Source: an uncultured Actinomycetes bacterium (lineage in GTDB: Bacteria > Actinomycetota > Thermoleophilia > Gaiellales > JAICJC01). Taken from it: 64,000 nt of DNA. Under the pieces are notes generated by a model. The model was not told the DNA's origin. It worked only from the letters and a program-made list of their open reading frames with translations, and made no database searches. The stretch is taken from NCBI GenBank assembly GCA_963709425.1, contig CAVPWG010000005.1:216030-280029 (forward strand). The letters are read 5' to 3'. The translations under genes were made by a program, and so were the position numbers. This document shows positions 10,879 through 20,655 of this stretch, in pieces (position 1 is the stretch's first letter; every line of letters starts with the position of its first letter).

Positions 10879-12348
10879 GTGGCGAAGCCTGTTCCCGACC
10901 CGGCTTCGAGGGCTCCGTACATGACGAGGCGTGGCGGCCGTCGTGCTGAACTGGACGTCCGGCAAACCAGCGTTGACGAGCGTGTAGCACGCGGCCGTGC
11001 GGCTCGCGCGACTGCGAAGCGATCGAGTCTCGCCGAGTTCGATGTCGCAGCCGAGCGCCCGGATCCGATCGATCTGCTGGAGCGGCAGGCCGAGACGCGG
11101 GTGGCCGACCTGGTTCCGATTCGGTATGGGCGGATGCTGGTGTCTCCGTTCGCGTTCTTTCGCGGCGGTGCGCTGATCATGGCTTCGGATCTAGCAGGTA
11201 TGCCGCGGACTGGTCTGCGGGTGCAGCTGTGCGGCGATGCGCACCTGTCGAATTTCGGCGTGTTCGGATCGCCGGAGCGGCGCCTGGTGTTCGACGTCAA
11301 CGACTTCGACGAGACACTCCCGGGGCCGTTCGAATGGGACGCGAAGCGGTTGGCCGCGAGCCTCGCTGTGGCTGGTCGCGAGAACGGCTTCACCACTCGC
11401 GAGCGCGCCCGTATCGTCCGCGAAGCTGCCCGAAGCTACCGGCAGGCGATGCGCAGCTTCGCGGCGATGGGGAACCTGGAGGTGTGGTACGCGCACTTGG
11501 AAGTCGAATCGTTGCTCGACCAGATCCGAGCGCAGATCCGGGCGAAAGATCGCAAGCTCATCGAGCGCGACGTTGCCAAGGCCCGCACCCACGACAGCCT
11601 GCAAGCCTTCTCCAAGCTGACCCACGAGGTGGAGGGCGAGCCGCGGATCATCTCCGCTCCACCGCTGATCGTGCCGGTCGAGGAACTGTCCGGCACGACG
11701 GCGGAACAGACGACTGCGGCCGTGAGCGAGTTCGTGCGCGGCTACCGAAGGTCGCTCACGCCGGATCGCCGTGCATTGCTTCGGCAGTACCAGTTCACAC
11801 ATCTCGCCCACAAAGTGGTCGGCGTCGGCAGCGTCGGTACGCAGGCGTGGATCGCGCTCTTCCTCGGTCGCGACCGGCAGGATCCGCTCCTTCTGCAGGT
11901 AAAACAGGCTCAGCCGTCGGTGCTCGAGCAGTTCTTGGGCAGGAGCGCGTATGCAAACTATGGCGCTCGGGTCGTAGCCGGCCAACGTCTCATCCAGGCC
12001 TCCGGCGACATCTTCCTCGGCTGCCAGCGGTTGACCGAGCCCGTCGGCAAGCAGATCGTCGACTTCTATGCGCGACAGCTCAAGGACTGGAAGGGATCAG
12101 CCCAAGTCGAGACGATGCAGCCTCGGCACATGGCCGCCTACGGCCACATGTGCGGCTGGACGCTCGCGCGTGCCCACGCGCGCTCCGGCGATCGTGTCGC
12201 CATCGCCGCCTACCTCGGAGGCAGCGACGCGTTCGACCGCGCCATGGTGACCTTCGCAGAGGCCTACGCCGACCAGAACGACCGTGACTACGCCGCGTTC
12301 GCCCAGGCCGTCAAAACCGGCCGAATAATCGCCGTCACTGACTCGTGA
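10879..12348 (+). CDS. DUF2252 domain-containing protein
   Basis: GTG start preceded by AAGGAGGG. VPIRYGRMLVSPFAFFRGGALIMASDLA...LCGDAHLSNFGVFGSPERRLVFDVNDFDETLPGPFEWD is the conserved DUF2252 core. Confidence 0.85.
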   Translation: MAKPVPDPASRAPYMTRRGGRRAELDVRQTSVDERVARGRAARATAKRSSLAEFDVAAERPDPIDLLERQAETRVADLVPIRYGRMLVSPFAFFRGGALIMASDLAGMPRTGLRVQLCGDAHLSNFGVFGSPERRLVFDVNDFDETLPGPFEWDAKRLAASLAVAGRENGFTTRERARIVREAARSYRQAMRSFAAMGNLEVWYAHLEVESLLDQIRAQIRAKDRKLIERDVAKARTHDSLQAFSKLTHEVEGEPRIISAPPLIVPVEELSGTTAEQTTAAVSEFVRGYRRSLTPDRRALLRQYQFTHLAHKVVGVGSVGTQAWIALFLGRDRQDPLLLQVKQAQPSVLEQFLGRSAYANYGARVVAGQRLIQASGDIFLGCQRLTEPVGKQIVDFYARQLKDWKGSAQVETMQPRHMAAYGHMCGWTLARAHARSGDRVAIAAYLGGSDAFDRAMVTFAEAYADQNDRDYAAFAQAVKTGRIIAVTDS

Positions 12349-12658
12349 AGCCGGAACCCGCACATCGAGACATGGCTGTCGGCGTCCCCGCTATCAAGTG
12401 AGCGCCTTCCGTCGCAACAACACGAAGCTCCGGTGCCACTGCCTCGGGATCACGGTCGATGGTTTCCCTCTCGGATGTCCTCGGTGTTCGCCCAACACCC
12501 GGCCCGCACGCGCCGCCGATGGAGAGCGCACGGTAGATGGAATCAGTTCCCGATGCTCCATCCTTTGATCGCTCGATTCGATAGGTCCGGCGATCCTGGC
12601 GATGCTCAAGGATCGTCATGATGACTAAGACGATCCTGGGCCGGCCAGTGTCCGCGTC

Positions 12659-12686
12659 GGGGTGCGGGGACGAGCCCCCGCACCCC
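12659..12686. terminator. GC-rich hairpin between convergent genes (possible bidirectional terminator)
   Basis: GGGGTGCGGGG-acgagc-CCCCGCACCCC, a perfect 11-bp stem, lying between the stops of DUF2252 (12348) and HdeD (12694). No U-tract on either strand. Confidence 0.4.
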
Positions 12687-12693
12687 GTTACTC

Positions 12694-13260
12694 CTAGGCG
12701 GCGGCTCCACTGAGCTTGTTCATCTCGCGCTTGGCGATCCGCTCGCCGCCGATTGCGACGATCAGCTGGGTGACGCCGACCACGAGCGAGAACGACGCGA
12801 TCAGCGCGAGGAGCACCAGTGCTCCGGCGCCCGGCTTCACGAACATGACAATGCCGAACAGGATCGACATCAGCCCGCTCACTGCGAGCAGGAACGAGTC
12901 GCCGCGGCTGAGCGGCAGCCGGGCCGCCGTGCCGACGATCGCGACGCCGATGGCGATCGCGTAGGCGGCGATCACGTAGAGCAGGCTGAGCGCCGAGATG
13001 CTCGGCCAGAGCAGGACTGCGACGCCGACCCCGATGCCGAGCAGGCTCGAGGCCACCGTCCACGCGCGACCGTCCTTTACGTTGGCCGCGTTCACCAGCC
13101 CGACCACTCCGCCGGCCAGCGCGTAGGCGCCGAAGAGGATCGTGAGGGCGTAGAGGCTGATGCCCGGCCAGATCAGGATCATCACGCCGAACGCCACAGA
13201 GAGCACCCCGTTGATCCCGATTGTCCAGCGGATTCGCTTGATGTTGGCTTCCAGGTTCAT
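12694..13260 (-). CDS. HdeD-family acid-resistance membrane protein (DUF308 repeats)
   Basis: Start MNLEANIKRIRW at 13260. Repeated G(V/I)xxIxxGxxxLxxP spans (GVLSVAFGVMILIWPG, SLLGIGVGVAVLLWPS, GLMSILFGIVMFVKPG). Confidence 0.85.
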   Translation of the reverse strand: MNLEANIKRIRWTIGINGVLSVAFGVMILIWPGISLYALTILFGAYALAGGVVGLVNAANVKDGRAWTVASSLLGIGVGVAVLLWPSISALSLLYVIAAYAIAIGVAIVGTAARLPLSRGDSFLLAVSGLMSILFGIVMFVKPGAGALVLLALIASFSLVVGVTQLIVAIGGERIAKREMNKLSGAAA

Positions 13261-13283
13261 GTCATTCCTCCTTGCGATTTGGG

Positions 13284-13813
13284 TTACTTCAACGTCTCTG
13301 ACAGGTCGTCCGCCTTGTGCTCCAGCTGCTCGCGCGCGGCGGTGACGCGCGTCTCGAGCTGACGCCATGCATCGCATGAGCCGGCGCGCAGCTCTGCGAG
13401 GCGACGGCCGACCTCGAGCCGCTGCCTGCGCAGCTCGCCGATGCCGACCTCCGCCCGCTCTCGTGCCCGCCCGGCCCGCGTCGCGGCCGACGTCTGCAGC
13501 CGCTCGAGATAGGCGTCCCAGCTATGCAGCTCTTGGTCGACCGCGCTCGTGAACGTCGAGCGATCATCGGCTGCGTCCGCGCTTAGGGAGTGTCCCGCGA
13601 CGTCCAGCCTCGCCTCGAACTCCGCCAGCGTTCCGTCGATCTCGTCGGTCGTCTCGCCGATCGCCGAGCGGGCACGGGCCTCGTACTGTCGCAGTGCTCG
13701 CGGTGACGCTGCATGCGCGGCGTCACCTCATCGCCGGAGCGAGCACGTGCATCCAGCTCCTCGATGTGCCGGCTGAGCTTGGCCAGCCGCCGTTCGATGG
13801 TCATTGTCGTCAT
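13284..13813 (-). pseudogene. Coiled-coil protein, one apparent frameshift
   Basis: MTTMTIERRLAKLSRHIEELDARARSGDEV (ORF 13583..13813) continues only in another frame as ALRQYEARARSAIGETTDEIDGTLAEFEARLD...QLETRVTAAREQLEHKADDLSETLK, ending at TAA 13284..13286. The second frame has no start codon of its own. Confidence 0.5.
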
Positions 13814-13924
13814 GCGAACCTCCTCGGTCGTTCGTCCGTTCTTCAGGGCACGCGTAAGCTCGCGGCCGCCTCTGCCACGGCGCTGCCACGTGCTGCGGCG
13901 CCGCTGCCTCGGAGGGGACTCAGC

Positions 13925-16845
13925 TCAGGCCATGTCGGCGCGGATGCGAAGGTCGCCGGCCGTGACGGTGTCGCCGAGGGCCTCGGCGATCTCCGCCAGT
14001 CCAAGGAGCGCGGCCGTGGCCGGACTTCCGGCAAGCGCCAGGAACAGGCTCTCGCGGGAAAGGTGGGAGCGCGGCGCCTGCGACCATTCGAGGGCGGTCC
14101 GGTAGAGCCGCTCAGCGGCCTCGAGATCCCCCCTCGCGGCGAGCACCCGCGCGAGCTCGGTGCGCGCGCGGGCAGCCACCCACGGCGCTCTCGCCGCCTC
14201 GGCCGCGCCGAGCGCCTGCCGCTGGAACTCCTCGGCGCGGGGCAAGTCCGCCTTCGCCAGCGCCTGCGACCCGAGCCCGGTCAGCACGAACGCGGCGTGG
14301 TCGGCGAACCCGGCCCGGCCGGCAACCTCGAGTGCCCGCCGGTATGCATTCTCCGCGGCGTTCGCGTCGTTCCGCTGCTCGGCGACCCAAGCGTCGAGTA
14401 GGAGGGCGGGGACTCGGAACGCGTCGTAGCCGATCGGCTCGGAGTGGGCAAGGATCTCCGGCGTGATCGCGGCGACCGCGGGGACGTCACCTGCCGCAGC
14501 GCCCGCCATCGCCCGCACCAGGCCGGCCGCCGCGAGCCCCCAGTCGTCTCCGGCCGCGCGGTAGGCAGAGTGCGCCTCTTCCGCCAGCGCCGCCGCCCGC
14601 TCCTGATCGCCCGATTGTGCGACAGCGAGTGCGAGCGTCAGGTGTGCGAGTCCGAGCTGCGGTGAGGTCGGGACGGCCGCCGCGAGCGCGCGGGCACGCT
14701 CGCCGATCGACACGGCGGCCTCGGCGTCGAGCTCCTCGGCGGCGAGGTAGCTGAGGTTCGCGAGCAGCTCGGCGCGGAGCTCCAGCGGGGTGTCCTCGGT
14801 CGCGGCCGCGAGAGCCTGCTCAAGGAATCCCCGCCCCTCCGAGACACGCTCGGCGAGCGCGAAGTACCAGCCCAGCGGCGCCCCGAGGCGGACCGCGATC
14901 GACGGGTCGGGCACGTCGCGCGCGTACTCAAGCGCGGCCCAGAGGTTGTCGTTCTCGAGGTTCAGCCGGCCCAGCCAAGCCAGCCAGTCCGGCCCGCGCA
15001 GCCCGCTTCGCGCCTCGCCGGCGAGCGTGGCGAAGTACTCGGCATGGACGCGTCGGGGCGCGGCCAGACCGCCTGTCTCGGCAAGGCGCTCGAGCACGTA
15101 GTCGCGAACCGTCTCGAGGAGGTCGTACCGGGCATCGCCGTCCGGGAACGATGCGAGAACGATCGACTTGTCGACCAACGCGCCGAGCAGGTAGACGGCT
15201 GTCGCGTCGTCCCCCCCGCTCCGCACACCGACGGAGACCAGGGACGGCAGCGACGCCCCGCCGCGGTGCACGGCGAGCTGATGCAGCAGCGTCTTCTCGT
15301 CGGTGTGCAGGAGGTCGTAGCTCCACTCGACGAGCGCGCTCAGCGCGGCGCGCGCCGGATCGGACGCCGGCCCGGCGCCGAGCAGCGAGAGACGGCGCTC
15401 CACGACCGCCAGCAGCTCCCGAAGCCCGACGACGTTCACTCGCGCCGCTGCCAGCTCGATGGCGAGCGGCAGGCCGTCCAGCCGACGGATGATCTCGATC
15501 GCAACCGGCGTCGACTCCCGCGTGAGCTCGAACCCCGGACGCGAGGCACGCGCCCGCGCGAGGAACAGTTGCATGGCGGGGGAGTCGACCACGTCCGCGG
15601 ACTCGGGGTCTGGCAGTGGGAACGGTTCGACGCTGATCCGCACCTCGGCGCCGAGGCCGAGCACGCGGCGACTCGTCGCAAGCACGCTCACGCCGCGACA
15701 TCCCGCGAGTACCGATGCGGCGACGCGGGCCGCCTCCTCGACGACGCGCCCGCAGCCATCCAAAACGAGCAGCGCGTCCGCGTCCCGAAGCCGGGCCACC
15801 GTCCGTGCGAGCGGATCGGCACCCCGCGCGTCGACCGCATGGGCGACGAGCCGGACGACGTCGGCCTCCTTACTGGCACGGGCGAGGTCGACGAACCAGA
15901 TGCCGTCCGGGAAACGATCCTCGAGCCCGCGAAGCACTTCGAGCGCCAGCCGACTCTTGCCGACCCCAGGAGGGCCGGTCAGCGTGACGAGCCTATGCTC
16001 GAGCAGGAGGTCGCTGACCCGGGCGACCTCGTTCACCGAGTCGACGAACGAGGTGAGGGCGCCGGCGCGTTTCCGCGCCGACTCGGTGCGACGGGCACGC
16101 CGGCGATCGCCGGGTCCTGTGCCAGGATCGCCTCCTGCAACCGCCGAAGCTCCGGCCCCGGCTCCAGGCCGAGCTGGTCGGACAACACCCGCCGGGCCTC
16201 CTGGAACACGTCGAGCGCGTCCGCCTGACGGCCGCTGCGGTACAGCGCGAGCATCAATTGCCCCCACAACCGCTCCCGGAACGGATTCTCGACCAGCGCC
16301 GATCGGAGCTCCGCCACGACCTCGCGGTGCTCGCCGCGCACGAGCGCCACCTCGAACTGCTCCTCGATCGCGTCGATGTGAAGCGCTTCAAGCCGTCGCG
16401 CCTCGGCGCTCATCCACGCCGTGTCGGTCAGCCCCAGCAAGGCCGGGCCGCGCCACAACGCAAGGGCGGCAGCAACCGCGTCACCGGCACGAAGCGCATC
16501 GGCCTCGCGGATCGCCACCCTGGCCGTCCCCAGCAACTCCTCGAACCGAAGCGCGTCCACGGCCGCATCGGTCAGCGCATAGCCGTCGGGCGACGCGTTG
16601 ATCGCGTCGTGGCCGAGGGCTGCGCGAAGCCGCGTGACGTGGTGCTGCACGGCGTTCCTCGGCGCTGCGGGAAGATCGTGCCCCCACAGCGCGTCGACCA
16701 GCGCGTCGACGCTCACCACCCTGCCCTGCTGGAGCGCCAGCATGGCGAGAATGGCATGGCGCTTGGAGCCCCTCAGCTCCGCCCGGCAACCCCCTATCAC
16801 CACCTCGAATGGGCCGAGAAGCCGGATCTCCAGCGGGGAGCTCAT
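13925..16845 (-). pseudogene. AfsR/SARP-type regulator: OmpR-like wHTH + BTAD + NB-ARC ATPase + TPR; one frame break
   Basis: ORF 16033..17013 from MSSPLEIRLLGPFEV (ATG 16845) gives the wHTH and BTAD (RERLWGQLMLALYRSGRQADALDVFQ). ORF 13925..16267 gives LTSFVDSVNEV...LTGPPGVGKSRLA (P-loop) plus TPR repeats. The frames join if GCGCCCTCACC (GGG run near 16057) has lost one C. Confidence 0.85.
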
Positions 16846-16847
16846 AG

Positions 16848-16879
16848 TATAAGGTCGGAGGCTTATAAGGTCGGAGGCT
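16848..16879. repeat. Perfect tandem 16-mer (TATAAGGTCGGAGGCT x2), with a third partial copy at 16895..16906
   Basis: 16848..16863 and 16864..16879 are identical; ATGGTCGGAGGC recurs 16 nt further on. The array starts 3 nt upstream of the SARP start codon (minus strand). Confidence 0.9.
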
Positions 16880-17107
16880 GCGCGGGCAGTCAGCATGGTC
16901 GGAGGCGGCCGCGCGGACAGTGCTCGCATGGCGGCAGCCGCCGCGCCAGCGGCGGTAGGGTGTCTCATCGTGCGCCTCCGCTCGAGTCTGGGCATGCATG
17001 ACGTCGCGGCCATTTCCCGGATCCGCTCGCCGCCGTAGGCTTCTTTTCCGGCGGGCGGGCTTCAGTTCGCCTAAAGGGATCGCGGCGCCGTCGCTGGCAG
17101 ATGAGAC

Positions 17108-19543
17108 CTATACGTACGCCTTCTGTTGGAGCCACTTCAGCGCGAAAAAGCCCCACAGCGGTGGGAGGAAGTAGGTGCACAGGCGGTGGGTGATCGCGAT
17201 CGCGAAGGCGGTGTCCTGGTCGACTCCCATCGCCACCAGCCCGGCGGTGATGCCTGCCTCGGCGGCGCCGATTCCGCCCGGAACCGGCACCAGGCTTGAA
17301 AGCGCCGCGGCGGCCATATTGACTAGGAGGAGCTGGGCCAAGCCGAGGTCGACGCCATACGCTTGGCAGGCGGCTCCCAGTGTAAGTGCGAACAGCACCT
17401 GTGTGGCAAGGTTGGCGCCGAAAAGTTCCAGGCGCTTGCGTCGTGATCGCGCCACCGCCCAAAGGCTGCTGAGCGCGCTCCGCACTCCAGGAACCACCTT
17501 GGCTCGCAGGCGCGGAACCGCCATGGTGACGATCACACCGGCGACTAGCGCACCCAGGATCAGTCCGACCATCTGGGGGTCGGGGCCGCCATGGCCGAGT
17601 TGGCTGGTGTCGACCTTGAGATCGACGAAGGGCAGCAGCACTGCCACCAGCAGGATCTGAATCACGGTCTCCGAGACGCCGTCGACGGCGCTTGCGGCGA
17701 CCGCCTCGGGCGTGGGGGCTCCCATTCGCTGCAGGAAGCGTACGTTCATCGCGACCCGCGCGGCTGAGCCAGGCACGGTCAGGCTGACGAACTTGACAGC
17801 GGACTCCAGTGCGACGCAGGGCAAGAGCGGCAACGGTGTGGTGACTGCGCCGCGTAGCGAGATCGCGTCGCTTATCAGCGTCATCTGGGCGAGCACGACG
17901 CCGAGCACCACCCACGAGATCGACGCTGTGCGGAGTTCATCGGCGATGGTGCCGAATCCGATCTCGCCGAGCTGCTTGATCAGTAGGTACGCGGCGAGGC
18001 CGACGAGACCGGTGGTAAGAATGCCCTTCCAGGTGACTCTGTTGATTGGTGCGAGCTCGGGAGGTTCTTCTTGGTTCGTCGCGGACGCCGCGGCCGCGCG
18101 CAGCTCTTTGAGCGCGACGTCGCTGTGACGAGCCAGGTCGCGGAGGTGCGGTGTCAGCGCCGATCGCTGCAGGTAGGGAAGAGCGCCAGCTACCGCGTCG
18201 GTGCCGACTCCTCCGATCGCAGCTCGAAGCGCACGTTTCGGGCCAACCATCACCGTGCAGGCGACCAGCAGTTCGGCGACGTCGATGTCGATCGCAGACT
18301 GGGGCGCCCCCAACGTCGCTGCCGACAGATCAAGGATCGTCGCCGCTCCGTCGATGACGACGATGTTGCTTGCGTTGAGCCTGCCGTGGGAGATGCCGGC
18401 GTCATGCAGCCGGCCGACCTGATCCCAGAGGTCGTCGAGGATGCTGTCGGTGACGAGCTCTGTGGGGGACGTCTCGAGCGGTTCAAGATCCGGCTGTCGA
18501 GTGACCAGCAGCGCATCACCTTCCGCTCCCAACGCCGCCATGACCACCCCAGGCACGCGCACACCGGCTTGCGCCGCCATCAGCGCGGCCAGCGCTTCGT
18601 GCTCGACCTGCTCCAGGCGTCCGTCGGCGACGCTGCGGGGTGGATCCCGGTAGGCCAGCGAGCGCCAGCGTCGCGCAAGCCGCTGGGTATCTTGGGCGTC
18701 GCGACCCAGCAGCCGAACCCGCAGCGGCCTTGCCTCACCGTCGGCGGCACCGTATTGTGCGGCACCCATCCGCTGCTGCGGCCAGACCCGAACGTCGGTG
18801 GCGTCGATGCCGAGCTCCGCAAGCTGGTAGGCAACGCGCTGGACTGGTGGCACGCCTGCGGCCGTCCCGAAGCACAATCGCACTAGGGCACCACAGGCGA
18901 CACCAACGGCGAGCGCGCCGAACGCATGCGCCGGCAACGCGTAGCCCAGCGCGACAACACCTAGTGCAGCCAGCACGATAACCCAGTCAGCGAAGGCACG
19001 TGCGAATCTGGCCATCTCCGGTCCGGCCACAACGACGACGACGGCGACGACTGCCAAGCGGATCTCCGGGAATCCCCAGGTCGACGACCACCCATCCTCC
19101 GGCGTCGGCCACCGCGACTCCACCAGCCGACCAAGCACGGTCACCACAGCCGCAACAACGACGAGCCCCGCCACCAGATCGCGAGCCAAGAGCCACCGAC
19201 GGTGGATCACCACGTCCACCACGATCCCCGCGGCTACTACCAACGCAGCGATGAACAGCACCCGCCAAGGCGCCACCGCCCAGCCCAGAATCGTACGAAG
19301 AGCGTCCGCCACACGGTCGTCCACTCTGGCGTCGGACGCCGCGATCGCCGCCGACCAGCCAAGCACGAGAATCGCGCAGACCAGCAGTACACCGTCGACC
19401 GGACGCCGGTTCCGCTGCCCCGGCGCGACGTCCGCCAGCAGAATCGGCGCCGCCCGACTGTCCGAAAAATTCGCCTTCTCGCGCCGGCGCCGCACTTGCA
19501 CGGAAACCAACCCTCCTATCGCATCAGGGCCGCGCCGTCGCAC
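17108..19543 (-). CDS. Membrane protein: N-terminal TM bundle + kinase-like domain + C-terminal LPG-synthase-TM (UPF0104) domain
   Basis: 811-aa uninterrupted ORF. Central ISHGRLNASNIVVIDGAATILDLSAA resembles the HxDxxxxN / D(F/L)x catalytic core of RIO/LPS-kinase-like folds. C-terminus PVPGGIGAAEAGITAGLVAMG is the UPF0104 motif. Confidence 0.7.
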   Translation of the reverse strand: MRRRGPDAIGGLVSVQVRRRREKANFSDSRAAPILLADVAPGQRNRRPVDGVLLVCAILVLGWSAAIAASDARVDDRVADALRTILGWAVAPWRVLFIAALVVAAGIVVDVVIHRRWLLARDLVAGLVVVAAVVTVLGRLVESRWPTPEDGWSSTWGFPEIRLAVVAVVVVVAGPEMARFARAFADWVIVLAALGVVALGYALPAHAFGALAVGVACGALVRLCFGTAAGVPPVQRVAYQLAELGIDATDVRVWPQQRMGAAQYGAADGEARPLRVRLLGRDAQDTQRLARRWRSLAYRDPPRSVADGRLEQVEHEALAALMAAQAGVRVPGVVMAALGAEGDALLVTRQPDLEPLETSPTELVTDSILDDLWDQVGRLHDAGISHGRLNASNIVVIDGAATILDLSAATLGAPQSAIDIDVAELLVACTVMVGPKRALRAAIGGVGTDAVAGALPYLQRSALTPHLRDLARHSDVALKELRAAAASATNQEEPPELAPINRVTWKGILTTGLVGLAAYLLIKQLGEIGFGTIADELRTASISWVVLGVVLAQMTLISDAISLRGAVTTPLPLLPCVALESAVKFVSLTVPGSAARVAMNVRFLQRMGAPTPEAVAASAVDGVSETVIQILLVAVLLPFVDLKVDTSQLGHGGPDPQMVGLILGALVAGVIVTMAVPRLRAKVVPGVRSALSSLWAVARSRRKRLELFGANLATQVLFALTLGAACQAYGVDLGLAQLLLVNMAAAALSSLVPVPGGIGAAEAGITAGLVAMGVDQDTAFAIAITHRLCTYFLPPLWGFFALKWLQQKAYV

Positions 19544-19617
19544 TCATCCTTCCGCCCGGCCCGGCCACCCCCGGAGAGCGAGGTGGGCGGGCCGGGCTCG
19601 CTGAGGAAGCGACCTTC

Positions 19618-20064
19618 CTAGCTTTTCATCGCGAGATCGTCAGCATCCATACGCGCCGAGACGGCATCCAGCACCGCATACTCGGCCTCCTCGACGGTCG
19701 CATAGGCGTAATCGATCGCCATCAGCGCGTCCGCTTCGGCATCGTCGGCTCGAGTCTCGGCCCGGTTGGCGTCGAGCTGGCTCTTCTTCGCATCGATATT
19801 CCGACGCATCTCCGCGACATGGCTCGTCCACGACTTCTGAATGTCATCCCACGAGGCAGAGATTTGGGCGCCGGTCGCCGCCGCGCTCGCCCGCAACTCC
19901 TGGGCATGCGCCTCCGCCGTCGCTCTGACCTGATCGGCCGATTTCTCGACGTCGGCCTTGGCCTGGGTTCGCGCCGCGGCGGCGTGATCCTCAGCCTCCT
20001 TGGCGCGACTGGACAGCCTCGCCAACTGCTGCGAAGCGTCCTCGAGCTTCTCCGACGTAGTCAT
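19618..20064 (-). CDS. Alanine/glutamate-rich coiled-coil protein, function unknown
   Basis: 148-aa ORF with GGAGG-containing leader (CCAGGGAGGTCGCG ATG). No family recognised. Confidence 0.55.
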   Translation of the reverse strand: MTTSEKLEDASQQLARLSSRAKEAEDHAAAARTQAKADVEKSADQVRATAEAHAQELRASAAATGAQISASWDDIQKSWTSHVAEMRRNIDAKKSQLDANRAETRADDAEADALMAIDYAYATVEEAEYAVLDAVSARMDADDLAMKS

Positions 20065-20160
20065 CGCGACCTCCCTGGTCGTCGGTTTGCCCTCCCCTCG
20101 GAACGGCCGATCCTACTCCCGCAGTGCGCCGCCGACAACTGCGGCCATCCGGCGGCCTGC

Positions 20161-20188
20161 TATCTATCCATCTATCCATCTATCTATC
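20161..20188. repeat. Tetranucleotide tract (YATC)7
   Basis: TATC TATC CATC TATC CATC TATC TATC: a 28-nt AT-rich microsatellite in the 590-bp divergent intergenic region between 20064 and 20656. Confidence 0.9.
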
Positions 20189-20655
20189 TGCATGTTGTGG
20201 GTGACGATGATGGTGTGCTCGTCCTTGAGCCTAGACACGAGGAACTCGGCGCAGCCGGCGTTCAGTGTTCAAGCCACCTGCGAGCGACTTGGTGGCCGCG
20301 CCGCGGCCGTTTCGGCCGCTCGATCGCGCGGTCTTAACCTCCGGCAGCCGTCCATCTTCATCGACCCGGCGGCATCGGCTGCTCAACCAAGCCAAAGCCG
20401 CACAAACAAGGCCTTTTTTAGAATGGCGGCGGCGCTTACAGCCATGGCTAGCGGCTGCGGTCCTCCGAGAACTCATCGACCCCGAGCGTCGTTTTCCGGA
20501 TGCCGCGGGCGAGCCGTTCCCGAGTGGCCTCGCGAAGCAGTTCGGCGAGTGGCCGCGGGCGAGCTTCTTGATGTGACTGCGGAAACACCCGGCTACGAGG
20601 CGGGCGGCAGCGACGGTCTTCTAGGACGCCGCCGCCGCGGCCCTATGCTTCTTCC

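Noticed and set aside
20231-20576. ORFs in the 590-bp divergent intergenic region (20231..20476 minus strand, 20265..20576 plus strand)
   Set aside because: No SD and no motif. The ORFs overlap each other on opposite strands.
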